This document shows positions 46,125 through 59,794 of a stretch of DNA of 64,000 nt, in pieces. Origin of the DNA: the human T2T-CHM13v2.0 reference genome, Homo sapiens; the NCBI RefSeq assembly GCF_009914755.1, contig NC_060935.1; one strand, given 5' to 3'. Every line of letters begins with the position of its first letter. Positions within the stretch are counted from its first letter, which is position 1. The position numbers and the translations under genes were made by a program. The notes beneath the pieces are model-generated. The model made no database searches and was not told the origin of the DNA. It saw nothing but the letters and a program-made list of their open reading frames with translations.

Positions 46125-46260
46125 CCGACCCCACTTGGGCAGTGTCCCAGATTTCAGGTTCCCCATGGCAGACGGCCACACAGACTCCTACAGCACCAGT
46201 GCAGTGCTGCGGCGCCCACAGAAAGGCCGGCTGGCAGCCCTGCGAGATGAGCCTTCCAAG
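46125..46260 (+). CDS. PPFIA1: Liprin-alpha-1 exon 14 (GC donor)
   Basis: TTCAG|RPHLGSVPDFRFPMADGHTDSYSTSAVLRRPQKGRLAALRDEPSK|GCAAGG; 136 nt; frame into exon 15 requires the GC donor. Confidence 0.93.
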
Positions 46261-46429
46261 GCAAGGTCTTTGTGTGAAATACCTCTGCTTACGTGAAAGT
46301 TACCTACTTATCCCGTGGCTTTCAGACTACTTTGGGATAAAAATGTTGATAGGTCATTGCTTTCTTGCCCTCCTCTCATTTTCTATTTTCTGACTAAGAG
46401 TTTAGCTTTTAGAGCATTTTTTAAAATAG

Positions 46430-47410
46430 GGTTTTGTTTTTGTTTTTGTTTTTGTTTTAAAGAGGTAGGGTCTGTGTTGCCCAAGCTGGTCTTGAACTCC
46501 TGGCCTCACACAGTCCTCTTGCCTCGGCCTCACAAAGTGCTGGGACTACAGGTGTGAGCCACCGTGCCTGGCCTCTGTAGTTTTTTTTTTTTTTTCCTTT
46601 TAATAGGAATTCTTATAAAAATACAGTCACTTTTAAATACAATGATAATCATGGATTTAAAGTAGTGATTAAAAATAAATGAGTAGGCCAGGTGCAGGTA
46701 GCTCACGCCTATAATCCCAGAACTTTGGGAGGCCAAGGCGGGTGGATCACCTGAGGTCAGGAGTTTGAGATCAGCCTGGTCAACATGGTGAAACCCCGTC
46801 TCTACTAAAAATACAAAAAATTAGCTCGGCACAGTGGCAGGTGCCTATAATCCCAGCTACTCAGAAGGCTGAGGCAGAAGAATCGCTTGAACCCGGGAGG
46901 CGTTGCAGCGAGCTGAGAAAGCACCATTGCACTCCAGCCTGGGCTACAAGAGTGAAACTCCATCTTAAAAAATAAAATAAAAAGCCGAGTGCAGTGCCTC
47001 ACACCTGTAATCCCAGTGCTTTGGGAGGATCGCTTGAAGCCAGGAGCTTGAGACCAGCTTTGGCAACACAGGGAGACCCCTGTCTCTATTAAAAAAAAAA
47101 AAAAGAAAAAATTAGTTGGGTGTGGTAGTGTGTGCCTATAGTCCCAGCTACTCAGGAGGCTGAGGCAGAAGGATCCTTTGAGCCCAGGAGATTGAGACCA
47201 GCCTGGGCATCATAGTAGGACCCTGTCTCTACAAATAAAGAAATTAGCTGGGCATGGTGGCATGTCCCTGCAGTCCCAGCTATTCTTGGGGCTGGGGTAG
47301 AAGGATCCCTTTGAGCCCCGGGAGGTCAACGCTATGGTGAGCTCTATGATTGCACCAGTGCGCTCCAGCTTGGTCAACAGAGTAAGACCCTGTTTCTACA
47401 AAATAAAAGA
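46430..47410. mobile_element. Alu cluster (antisense monomer, then several sense Alus)
   Basis: Monomer ~46430-46573 (-); Alus 46686-46982 and 46984-47410 (+). Confidence 0.85.
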
Positions 47411-47458
47411 AGTAATTGAATACATATATTCGTCATTTAGTGAAAAGAATTCACCTTT

Positions 47459-48482
47459 GAACGTTTACCTTCTTTCTTTGGTCTGTTCAGCAGCATTTGT
47501 TTCAATACACGCAAGTATAATTTTAGCCCCCATCGTCACTCAACAGCTAGTTTGGGCCAGGCCGCATTACAGACCTGTAGAGTCCTAGGCCTGCAGCAGT
47601 GTGTAATAAAACAGGAAGAATGCCTGCATCCCAGAGGACACAAACAGTCGACAGATAGAGTCTGGTAGTGTGTGTGTGTTGACTATTGGTGTGGAACAAA
47701 TTACTACGGAGCTCAGTGGCTTAAAACAGTGAACATTTCGTAGTTCACAGCTCCTGTGAGCACAGGAGCAGCAGAGCAGGATAGTCCCGGCTCAATCTGG
47801 CAAGGCTGGAGCCACAGAAAGACCCAACTGGGGCAGGAGGCCTCGGGGCCATCAGCCACCACTTGGAACTGGCCACCGGGGCTGCTCTAGGGTCCTTGCA
47901 TTGTGATGCAAGCAGCCCGTACTCTAGGAGAGGGCGAGGAGAAAGTCCCACAGCCTTTCCAGTCCTGGTCTTGGAAGCCACAGCCTTCACTTCCTCTCTA
48001 TTCTGTTCATTTGAGTGAGGTGCTGAGTCCTGCCCACACTCAGCGTTTGGGGTGAGAATCACCCTCCACCTCTTAAAGGGACGAGTGTTAAAAGTGTTTG
48101 TGGACATATTTTTAAACGATCCCTGTACGTCAGATGGTAATAAGCATGGAAGTGGGACTCAGGGCGGCCCTGAGTTGTGGAGTGAGCAGGGAAATAAGAA
48201 TTTTAAGAAGGGAGGCCAGGGAGTCAGTATAGTGAGGGTGACGTCTGAGCAGGGGCGTGAAGGAGGAAGGAGAAGGAGCACATGGAGCGTGTTCAGTGTA
48301 TTGTTATGGAGTGCCAACAAGATTTGCTGAGGGATTGGATCCAGGGTGAGAAGGAAAGAGAGGAAGTCAAAGATGACTCCAAGCCTTTGGGCTTGAACAG
48401 CCGGAAGGATGGAGTCTGTTTTTTGAGATGAGGAAGACACTGGCTTAGAGGAGACTAGGAATTGAGCCAGGGCCATGTTCAG
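47459..48482 (+). repeat. ~1 kb local duplication, copy 1 (ancestral; contains MLT1-like and L2 fragments)
   Basis: Near-identical to 51556-52577 at offset 4097; paired ORFs 47745..48107 and 51842..52204 differ by one residue. Confidence 0.95.
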
Positions 48483-49790
48483 GTTGATGGGACTGTCAGC
48501 TGTCCAGGGGAGGTGGCAGGTTGGCTGTTGAATATCACAGTCTGGAACCCAAGAGACATCTAGAACTAGAGATGAAAATTGGGGCATTTTGCGCATATGG
48601 ATGGTATTAAGAAACATGAGACAAGATGACACCACCTCATGGGTGCCTGGATGGAGACAAGGTCTAAGAATGGAGCTCTGGGGTGCTCCAAGGCCATCGG
48701 TGGGGAGACTGGGAAGGAATGAGACAGAGGCATGACCAGCGAGGGGTAGGGTCCTGGGACCAACTGGGTAGAGTGCTCAGGGAAGAGAGGAGAGCAGCGG
48801 AGCCCACCCTGCTGATGGGCCAGGTCAGGTGGGAGACGGGACAAAGGGACAGCTGGTGGCCTTAGTAACGGGGAGCACGTTGGAACTGCCATAGAATAGT
48901 CCCGCTGGCAGGGAAGTAAGCGCTGAAAGCTGGCCTGCAGCAAGGTCTAGAGAAGTGGGGAGAGGAAGACAGAATGGAGGTGGCTCACCAGGATCTTTTA
49001 CTCTGGTTGGGAGCAAAACAGTGGAGGCGTGGGTGAAAGGAGACCCGCCCGGGCAGGGACTGGGGAAGGGCCTTGGTTTCTGCCGTGGTGTTTTAAGGTG
49101 AGATGGGGGAGAAGATGTCCTTATGCTAATGGGACGAGCTAGTGGAACTTGCTTATCCAGAGAGGGAGCTGTGATGGCCGGAGATCCGGGTGTGAGCCAG
49201 GGCTTGAGGCTGCTGCCCAGCAGGTGGGGCTGACCTCAGAGAGGAGGAAGGCCGAGTGCAGGCCTTGGTTTTGTCTCCATGAAATGGGAAGGTCGCCAGT
49301 TGGGAGTGAGAATGGGAGAGGAGGTGTTGGGGGCTTGAAGAGTGAGGTGGCATGAAAGAATCACCCCTGGGGGGATTGCGTAGGTCCCGGCACACACACT
49401 TTTCCCTCTGCATTCTGATGACATACATAATGCCTCAGTCAGACACGGCCACTCAGCACTGAGCTGCCCATGCCGCATACACTGCCATTCTTGAGGTTGC
49501 CCTTGATTCTCTCAGTTGCTGCTGCCCTCCTTTTCCTCGTTCGAGCTTGGTAGTGCCAGCCTCAGGTAGGGCGGGATGTGGACACGCAGGTTGGTTAGAG
49601 GGAACTTGAAAACACTTATGAAATTTACGGCAACTGAGTGAACTCAGTTGATATGGATTTAAATCTTTTTTATTTCTGTAACTTTCCAGTAGCATGTATA
49701 ATTGGAGTAAGGTGTATTTTTTTATTGATCCATATTAAGTATACATATTTTGGGGATATATGTGATAATTTGATACATTCGTATAATTAA

Positions 49791-50331
<541 letters not shown>

Positions 50332-50622
50332 TGATTTTCGGTTTTTGTTTCTGACTCTGCCATCTCCCAGTTGTGTATTTCGCCATGGAAATGCCACATG
50401 TCCATGTTAGGGCGTTAATATCACAAGGGTCCAAGGAATGGATTGTTGCCCTCCCCAATTTCTTAAATACTGCCTGCTTCATGTCAGTACCTTATAAGCA
50501 TGGCCCATCTTTCTAAAATCTTTTGGGCTTTCATTAAAGAATTCCTAAATTTCCGATAGATTTATGTTTCTACAACTAATGTTGTTACTTTATCTACTGA
50601 GATTTGGTTTTCTTGTTTATAG

Positions 50623-50846
50623 GTACAAACTCTTAATGAGCAGGATTGGGAACGTGCCCAGCAAGCTAGTGTCTTGGCAAATGTAGCACAAGCATTCGAG
50701 AGTGATGCTGACGTGTCTGATGGTGAAGATGACAGGGACACTCTCCTCAGCTCAGTTGACCTGCTATCGCCCAGCGGGCAGGCCGACGCGCACACACTAG
50801 CCATGATGCTTCAGGAGCAGCTGGACGCCATCAACAAAGAGATCAG
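50623..50846 (+). CDS. PPFIA1: Liprin-alpha-1 exon 15
   Basis: TATAG|VQTLNEQDWERAQQASVLANVAQAFESD...AMMLQEQLDAINKEI(R)|GTGTGT; 224 nt. Confidence 0.97.
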
Positions 50847-51555
50847 GTGTGTGCAACCGTGCATGACACTCACCACACGCATGGGTGTCTCTGAGGAATC
50901 TCATCTTGCCTGGAAAAGTCTGGATGAAATACTATTAACATTTTCTAAGTATTACATAATAATAGAACTTACTTAACTTCTGTTTTAAGAATTTTAAGGT
51001 CTGAAATTGCCCTTGAATATAAAATTCAGGTAACCAGGGCACTCTCCCCACAGTTACGGCACTAGTACCTTTCTGTAGGATATTGTGGGACCTGAGAGGT
51101 CCTTCCCCTGAGAAGCTCGCCACATAGCTGGAGGGTGCTGAAGGGGCTCAGCCCAGCTCCCACTGCCGTCCTGAAAGCTGCACCTGGAAGGCCACATGAG
51201 CTGAGCACATCTGGAGGAGGCTGATCGGCCTACCTTCCTGATCCAGAGTGCAGATGAAAGGTGTGCACGGTGGTGGGCTGGGAAGAGATGACGGACTGAA
51301 GCCTGCCTTGAATGAATAGCAGTGGCTGCCTCCACAGGCCAGTGCCACTCACCAGAGAGACCAGCACTCAGAACACATGCACACCGGAGCGGGCGCATAT
51401 GGTGGGAAGCGGGAGGAAGGGTTGCTTATCAACCCTCTTCTGGTCTTAGTGTCCCTCCTTGACCCTGAACCCTGAAAGGAGCGCGTTGCTATCACCTGCC
51501 GCATGTGCAGCCTCCTGCACAGAAGAGGCTGTGTGTAGTGACGTTTAAAAGTGTA

Positions 51556-52575
51556 GAACGTTTACCTTCTTACTTTGGTCTGTTCAGCAGCGTTTGTTTC
51601 AATACACGCAAGTATAATTTTAGCCCCCATCGTCACTCAACAGCTAGTTTGGGCCAGGCCCCATTACAGACCTGTAGAGTCCTAGGCCTGCAGCAGTGTG
51701 TAATAAAACAGGAAGAATGCCTGCATCCCAGAGGACACAAACAGTCGACAGATAGAGTCTGGTAGTGTGTGTGTGTTGACTGTTGGTGTAGAACAAATTA
51801 CTACGGAGCTCAGTGGCTTAAAACAGTGAACATTTCGTAGTTCACAGCTCCTGTGAGCACAGGAGCAGCAGAGCAGGACAGTCCCGGCTCAATCTGGCAA
51901 GGCTGGAGCCACAGAAAGACCCAACTGGGGCAGGAGGCCTCGGGGCCATCAGCCACCACTTGGAACTGGCCACCGGGGCTGCTCTAGGGTCCTTGCATTG
52001 TGATGCAAGCAGCCCGTACTCTAGGAGAGGGCGAGGAGAAAGTCCCACAGCCTTTCCAGTCCTGGTCTTGGAAGCCACAGCCTTCACTTCCTCTCTATTC
52101 TGTTCATTTGAGTGAGGTGCTGAGTCCTGCCCACACTCAGCGTTTGGGGTGAGAATCACCCTCCACCTCTTAAAGGGACGAGTGTTAAAAGTGTTTGTGG
52201 ACATATTTTTAAACGATCCCTGTACGTCAGATGGTAATAAGCATGGAAGTGGGACTCAGGGCGGCCCTGAGTTGTGGAGTGAGCAGGGAAATAAGAATTT
52301 TAAGAAGGGAGGCCAGGGAGTCAGTATAGTGAGGGTGACGTCTGAGCAGGGGCGTGAAGGAGGAAGGAGAAGGAGCACATGGAGCATGTTCAGTGTATTG
52401 TTATGGAGTGCCAACAAGATTTGCTGAGGGATTGGATCCAGGGTGAGAAGGAAAGACAGGAGTCAGAGATGACTCCAAGCCTTTGGGCTGAACAGCTGGA
52501 AGGATGGAGTCTGTTTGTTGAGATGAGGAAGACACTGGTTTAGAGGAGACTAGGAATTGAGCCAGGGCTGTGTTC

Positions 52576-52577
<2 letters not shown>
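51556..52577 (+). repeat. ~1 kb local duplication, copy 2 (derived)
   Basis: Direct copy of 47459-48482; the L2 text stops abruptly here but continues after copy 1. Confidence 0.95.
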
Positions 52578-52810
<233 letters not shown>

Positions 52811-54371
52811 ATGAGTGTGCGTACATCAGAGCCTCACATGTTCAGGTCCCGTCACACAGTGGCCTGGTACAGAACACTGGAGCTCTTCAGGAGTGCACGG
52901 CTCCACTCCAGTGTTCCTTTCCCTGTGTGAAGTTAACATGGACAGTGAGTGCTCAGATTGCAGGTTTGAATCTTTCTTGTCTCGTCAGTATTTTAAAGGG
53001 TTTTTCTTTAGCAACTTTAGCAGTTATAATGCAGAACTTACAAAACGGGCCAACTGTAGAATGGAATCCAAGAATTGCTTTTATATTTATGAAGAGACCG
53101 GTAAACCCTGCCCACGCTGGCTTGGCCTAGGGACACAGCAGTGTGACCAGGGGGTGCCTGGGATCTACCCTCGGGCCCTGGCCTGACGTGCTGCTTGGCT
53201 AGCCTGAATCCAAGGGAGGAGCAGGTGTGTGTGTGGAGTCCTGCAGCAGGTCTGGGTGGGGTGCTGCCACGACTTGCTTGTGAAGTTTACGTGGGTGGAG
53301 GTGCCAGTCCTGGTCAGAGAGAACAGGAGGTAAAGAAGAGAAGGTTGAGAGAAACATCAACAAGAGCTGTGTTACTCCAGCTTTTTTTTTTTATTAAAAA
53401 GAAAAAAATAGGGCTGTACATTCTGAAGTAAGAAGTTGGTGTGCTGCCTGTGTTTTTGACTTTATAACTCCCATTTCATGTGCCACCTTGAAAACTGGCG
53501 AAGAGACCTCTGCAGCATCTGTTGCCAGGCATGGGGGCCCTTTGAAGGAGGAGGTGCAAAATAATTAGTGTGATGAAGCGTTCAGAAAGATCGTCTTTCC
53601 TCATCATTATGGGAGCTGGGAAAGGATTATATACCTTTTGTTTTTATTTCTTATGATGTATAGCTAGATAAAAGTGTTTCCTCTTTATGCAGAAAGTTGA
53701 CCTGATGTAAGTGTTCTGTCCACTGACTTGTGGATTTTCTTCTATTAATAATGATCAAAAAGCACTTTTCTTAGAAATGTAAGTAGAACTTTAATTGGAA
53801 GGGTTATTGCAAGGTTTCTATATTTTAATACTAGAATAATTATTATTGGCACAGTCAAATATTAAAACTGCTGTCTAGTGATCCATGACACTCTAGGAGA
53901 GAGGAGCGTTAATCTTGAATTCCAAATTAATGTAGCATGGTTGGCATGAATCCAGAAATTTACATGAGGATGGTAGAGAATCCCATCAGATAACGCTCTG
54001 GTTCAAATTTAAACTAAAAAAAAGAACCAACTCAATATTTTCGTTTAGTCTAAACAGTTAAGTGTTGGGAAACTCCTAATTGTTTTGTGCATCTGTTCTT
54101 TATATTAGAGTTCCTGATTTCCAGTTGAAGAAATCTGTAGATTTCTTCAGCTTTGCTCTAAGAATAGGGGAGATAAGGGTCATAAAATTTTAAAATATTA
54201 CTTAGTAAGGAAATTATTAATTGCAACCATAGGAAAAATTGCCATCCAGCCTTCTCCAGAATTTTTGTGTAAATAAGTAAAATCAAATGTTAATGATATC
54301 CAGAACCAACAAGACTCAATGGAAGGTTTACTTTTTGTTGTTGTAAGATGTAGTATATTAAAAAAGATTGA

Positions 54372-55042
<671 letters not shown>

Positions 55043-55142
55043 TTACTCATAGTAATACAGAGTATAAGCATGGTTTTTCTCATGCAAACACATTAATCTG
55101 TTTGCCGAAACAGGAGGACTGACTGCTTTTGTTTTATTTTAG

Positions 55143-55374
55143 GTTGATTCAGGAAGAAAAAGAAAATACAGAGCAGCGGGCAGAGGAGATTGAAAGTCGA
55201 GTTGGCAGTGGAAGTCTAGACAATCTTGGTCGTTTTAGATCAATGAGCTCCATTCCCCCCTACCCTGCTTCCTCGCTTGCTAGCTCCTCCCCTCCGGGCA
55301 GTGGGCGCTCCACCCCACGAAGGATCCCTCACAGCCCAGCTCGGGAAGTGGACAGACTGGGCGTCATGACCCTT
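55143..55374 (+). CDS. PPFIA1: Liprin-alpha-1 exon 16
   Basis: TTTAG|[26 protein letters not shown]...[24 protein letters not shown]|GTACGT; 232 nt. Confidence 0.97.
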
Positions 55375-55551
55375 GTACGTATCCGCCCTTTCCCTGCTGT
55401 GGCTGCCCTCAGCATACCTGTATGAAATCTTGGACACTACAAATCTACCCACAAGAAAATCAAGTACATTCGTTATTCTAAGAGGTTCAAGATTATAAAA
55501 ACTAGTTACTATTTAATCATTCAGTTATGACAAACTAATTTTAATATCTGG

Positions 55552-55852
55552 GGCCGGGCGTGGTGGCTCATGCCTGTGATTCCTCACACTTTGGGAGACT
55601 GAGGTGGGCAGATCACTTGAGCCCAGGAGGTCAAAACCAGCTGGGCAACATGGCAAAACCCCATCTTTACAAAAAGTAGCTGGGCCTGGTGGTGTGTGCC
55701 TGTAGTCCCAGCTACTCTGGAGGTTGAGGTGGGAGGATCACCTGAGCCCAGGAGGTCGAGGCTACAGTGAGCCATGATTGCATCACTGCCCTCCAGCCTG
55801 GGCAGCAGAGTGAGACCCTGTCTCAAAACAAATCCCAAAAAATATAAAAAAA
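55552..55852 (+). mobile_element. Alu (AluJ-like)
   Basis: Full-length Alu consensus. Confidence 0.88.
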
Positions 55853-56876
55853 AATTTTAATATTTGGATGACCAGGCTAGCATTACACCATTTGTTTGTG
55901 TGACATTAGGCATGACATCTGTGCAAAGTACAGCAGCCAGAAGGGGAAATATTTTCTGTTTTATAGGAAAAACCACTTAGCAAAAGTAAATAAAGGCAGA
56001 CATCAGAGCATATGGGAAAATGCACAAAGTGGGTCAGTGCATTTCTTTCCTTTCGGAGTGCCCAACCAGCTTCCTGGGCATCTACTACCAAAAAAAAAAA
56101 AAAAAAAAAAAGGAAAAACATGAAATGGGTTCTGCATTTGAAGCCGTGAACAAGCCAGCTGCTTCGTGGCTCCCTAAGGAAGCAGATGGGCTTCTTCCCT
56201 TCACAGCTTAGGGTCACCTCTCACCTGGAAATGCAATGACCTTCTGGTGTTTGGTGTTTGCAAAGTGTGCAGATCTGAGGAATGTTTAAAACTTTCCTTT
56301 GGGCCTGGCATGGTATTTCACGCCTGTAATCCCAGCACTTTGGAGAGGCCAAGGTGGGAGGATTGCTTGAGCTAGGAGTTAAGAGACCAACCTGGGCAAC
56401 ATAGTGAGAACCCCATCTTTATCTAAAAAAAAACCAAACTATCTTGTATATTTAGAATTTGTCAGTGTGTTGTCAATGAAATATTTCATATTTACACCAT
56501 TTGCTTTTTAACTGTGCTTCTATCATATTTTTTCCCGTTACCATCTATTTTCGTTTTTAGTTGTGTTGTTAGCCAGCATGCAATTAAATCGACGGTGAAT
56601 CATTTTAGTGGCATATGAGGTGGTAACTAGTCTATTTTGCAGTGTTTTGAAATACTGTTTTTATAATTTACATCATCTACTAATTAGGTAACATTTTAAA
56701 CTCTTTGACTGTTTTATTTGTGGGCTTGTGCTTATTTCTGTCCAGAGAATTCGTAAAAACAGTTGTGTATGTATATATATTTTTTCTGGTTTTGTAATTC
56801 TGTATGCTGGCTGACAGTCTCTATGCTTCCGTCATTGGTTTTGATTTCCTGTCATCCTTTTGTTTTATTATTTTAG

Positions 56877-56993
56877 CCATCTCCAGATTCATTTTTAATC
56901 CAGACCTCAGGTCCCCATCAGTCAGTAGTTTACTCATCCACCTCCCCTCCCAGTTCCACCCCATGCTATAGCGATTCTTCACAGCATGCTCAG
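56877..56993 (+). CDS. PPFIA1: Alternative cassette exon (39 aa, S/P-rich) in intron 16
   Basis: TTTTATTATTTTAG|PSPDSFLIQTSGPHQSVVYSSTSPPSSTPCYSDSSQHAQ|GTAACC; 117 nt, phase 0-0, stop-free. Confidence 0.7.
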
Positions 56994-57947
56994 GTAACCA
57001 CGCAACTGTGTGTGTTCGATCATGTTTGTGAGTTTGTGCTGTGATGACTTTATTAATGGGTTGTTTTTTTCTCAGTTAAAAGTATCTTTTTCTCAATGGT
57101 AATTTAAATTAGTGTATTACTATATAGTAAGTATGGATACAGGCAAGACATAGGTGTTTAAGAGTTTTTTTACTCAAATTATGTAGGATTTGTGTAATTC
57201 ATAAGTGTTTCCTACATAACTAATCTAAGCGTAGAATTAATGGAAGCTGTTTACACAAACAGTATGCTTTCTGGTTCTGATGATTGTGTTCAAGACTGTA
57301 AATCTCATCAGCCTGTTGAGTCTCATCAACTATCTCTAATAGGTTATTTTTAAATTAAAATATCTTATGTGAATCATAGGATGGATGTAAAGATTCTACC
57401 TAATATTATGCTAGCTTTTGTTCTTATATATTTTCACAGGATACCTTGCTTTAAGCAATAAATTTATTTTTGAAAAGTGGTAAATCAAATTCTAGGTAAG
57501 GATTTTACATTAATGTCCAACAGGTGATTAACTAAAAGTAGGTTTGTTCAGTTTTATAATTGGTATTGCAGTAACTTCCTCATCCGTTGGAATATTTTTA
57601 ATTATAACATGGATTTTATTAAAGAAAACTAAGTTATAGAGAGGTTTGGCTTAGAATAGATGATTGTTAGGGCCTTTTATTATATAGAATGCCATATTTT
57701 AATAAAACACATGAAATAGAATTTTATCTAAGTAATAATTTATAGTGTTTCTCTAATAAACCTTTAATAACTTATATTTAAATTTTTTGGTGAAAAAATG
57801 GTTCTGTATCCAGTTACATTTTCTCTAAATCCTGTCTCCTGTCATTTCTATTTTAATATATTTGCTTATACTGATCCTTGAATTTTTAACTTCAAAGTGT
57901 ATATAGTAAATCTGGTTTCTCTTCATTTCTTTGCATGCATCTATCAG

Positions 57948-57977
57948 CCTAGTGATTTAAGGAAACATCGTAGAAAG
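57948..57977 (+). CDS. PPFIA1: 30-nt microexon PSDLRKHRRK
   Basis: ATCAG|CCT AGT GAT TTA AGG AAA CAT CGT AGA AAG|GTAAAT; matches the PSDLRKHRRK segment that follows GVMTL in paralogous liprin-alphas (recalled). Confidence 0.88.
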
Positions 57978-58392
57978 GTAAATTGTTTAGTAATTTAACA
58001 TATCTTTGTATCTCCATAATGTATTGAAGAGTACCTATCATATTTTCCATAAATGTAGCATTATGTAGTTGTATAATAATGAATGGTTGGCGTTTTAATG
58101 GAAGTGTTTAAAGTGACCTAGCACCTTACTGACAATTGTTCTATTGGAAATTGGTCATTAGCGGTTTTCACAGAACACTGGGACAAATGTAACAGCTTGC
58201 CATTCTCTCACCTTTTCAGCCTTCTGATCATTACATGCTTATTCATAGATGTAGTAGTTTTAAAAATAAGAAATTACTAGTGCAAAGCTATAGAATGTAG
58301 ATGCGGGGGGACCCATTTTCATAATAATCACAGCTAGCATTGGGCTCTTGCTGTATGCCAGGCACTGTGCTGAGTGCTTTCCCAGTCTGGTA

Positions 58393-58627
58393 TAGGCTGA
58401 GTGTCCCTGATCTGAGATGCTTAGGGCCAGAGGTATTTCAGATTTCAGATTTGTTTAAATTTTGAAATATTTGCATTACACTTACTAGTTGAGCCTCTCA
58501 AATCTGAAAATCCAAAATCTGAAATGCTCCATTGACCATTTCCTTCAAGCATCATGTCAGCACTCAAATTATAGATTTTGGAGCATTTTGAATATCAGAT
58601 TTTTGGGTTTGGGATGCTCAACCCGTA
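58393..58627. mobile_element. Tigger4/MER46-like DNA transposon within a MIR
   Basis: TAGGCTGAGTGTCCC...GGGATGCTCAACCCGTA inverted termini; MIR-like flanks. Confidence 0.7.
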
Positions 58628-59666
58628 TTTAATCCCCATACACATCCCTGTGAGGTTACTGTTGTTATCCCCATTTTACAGATGTGGAAACTAAAGCTTA
58701 GAGAGGCCCCACAGTGCACAGTGCAGATTTGAGTTCAGATTTGTCTGATTTCAAAACCTGACAGTTGACCACTTCACCATCTAGCCTTACTTGTCTCAGA
58801 TACTCTGACCTCCCTGGCAGCGTTCCTACAGAAGGAGGTCCAAGGCCACTTCTCTTTAGAGATAACTGTGGATTGGGCCTTCCTGTTCTCGAAGGAAGTA
58901 GAGTACATTAGGAGGAGATCTGCTCAGCAGCTGTTCTTTATGTTGACCCCAAATCTCTCCCTCATAACTTTCATGCTCTGGTCTGTATTCTGTGCCCCTG
59001 TTTGAAACCCGCCTGATGGTGCAGTGACTGGACAGCTCTTCAGAGATACCTAAAGGCAGCTGTCCTCTGACAAAAGTGTGGGACCTGGTCAGCAGCTGTC
59101 TGTGAGCTGCTCTGTTGAGTGATTTAGTGAAACTGCTTGGGTTCAGATCCTAGTTCAGTCACTGATGAGTTTGTGACCTGGAGTCTGTTTGTACCTTGGT
59201 TTACTCTCCTGAGAAGTGAAGATAATGATAGAACAGTGCCACTTAAAGTGGCATTGGACCTGTGGCTGTCTGTGGTGAGATAAGGAGCTTACACCAGCAG
59301 CAACAAGACACAGAGCACGGCCTTCAGTTCAGCTGACTTCTGTTGGATTGTTTTTTCTTTATTTTTTGATAGCAAGATTTTCTCAGTGAAGGAAGTAGCA
59401 TGTTGATTGACACTTAGGCATGATAACCTGGCCCTGTTGGTCACTGGTAACTTCAGCGTGCTACTTGGTGTCTTTGAGGAGCCTAGGCCTCGGGTGGTTG
59501 TGAGGTTAAACCAGGGGTGCGTGCAGAGTGCCAGGCCTTGTCTACAAGAGACTGTCGCCTTCCTTCTCTGTGTCAGTGGTGTTGGTGTAGACCAAGAGGA
59601 CTTCCCTGCTTTCTAGTAGGCCTGAGCTGGGATGGAGGCAGAAGTCTGGCACGTGACAGCACTACA

Positions 59667-59794
59667 GCGTGTGGAGGGGTGCGGAGGGCGGCGTGTGGAG
59701 GGGTGGGAGGGCGGCGTGTGGAGGTGTCGGAGGGCGGCGTGTGGAGGGGTGGGAGGGCGGCGTGTGGAGGTGTCGGAGGGCGGCGTGTGGAGGG
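59667..59794. repeat. G-rich ~23-bp minisatellite, ~5.5 copies
   Basis: GCGTGTGGAGG(G/T)GT(G/C)GGAGGGCG units. Confidence 0.92.
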
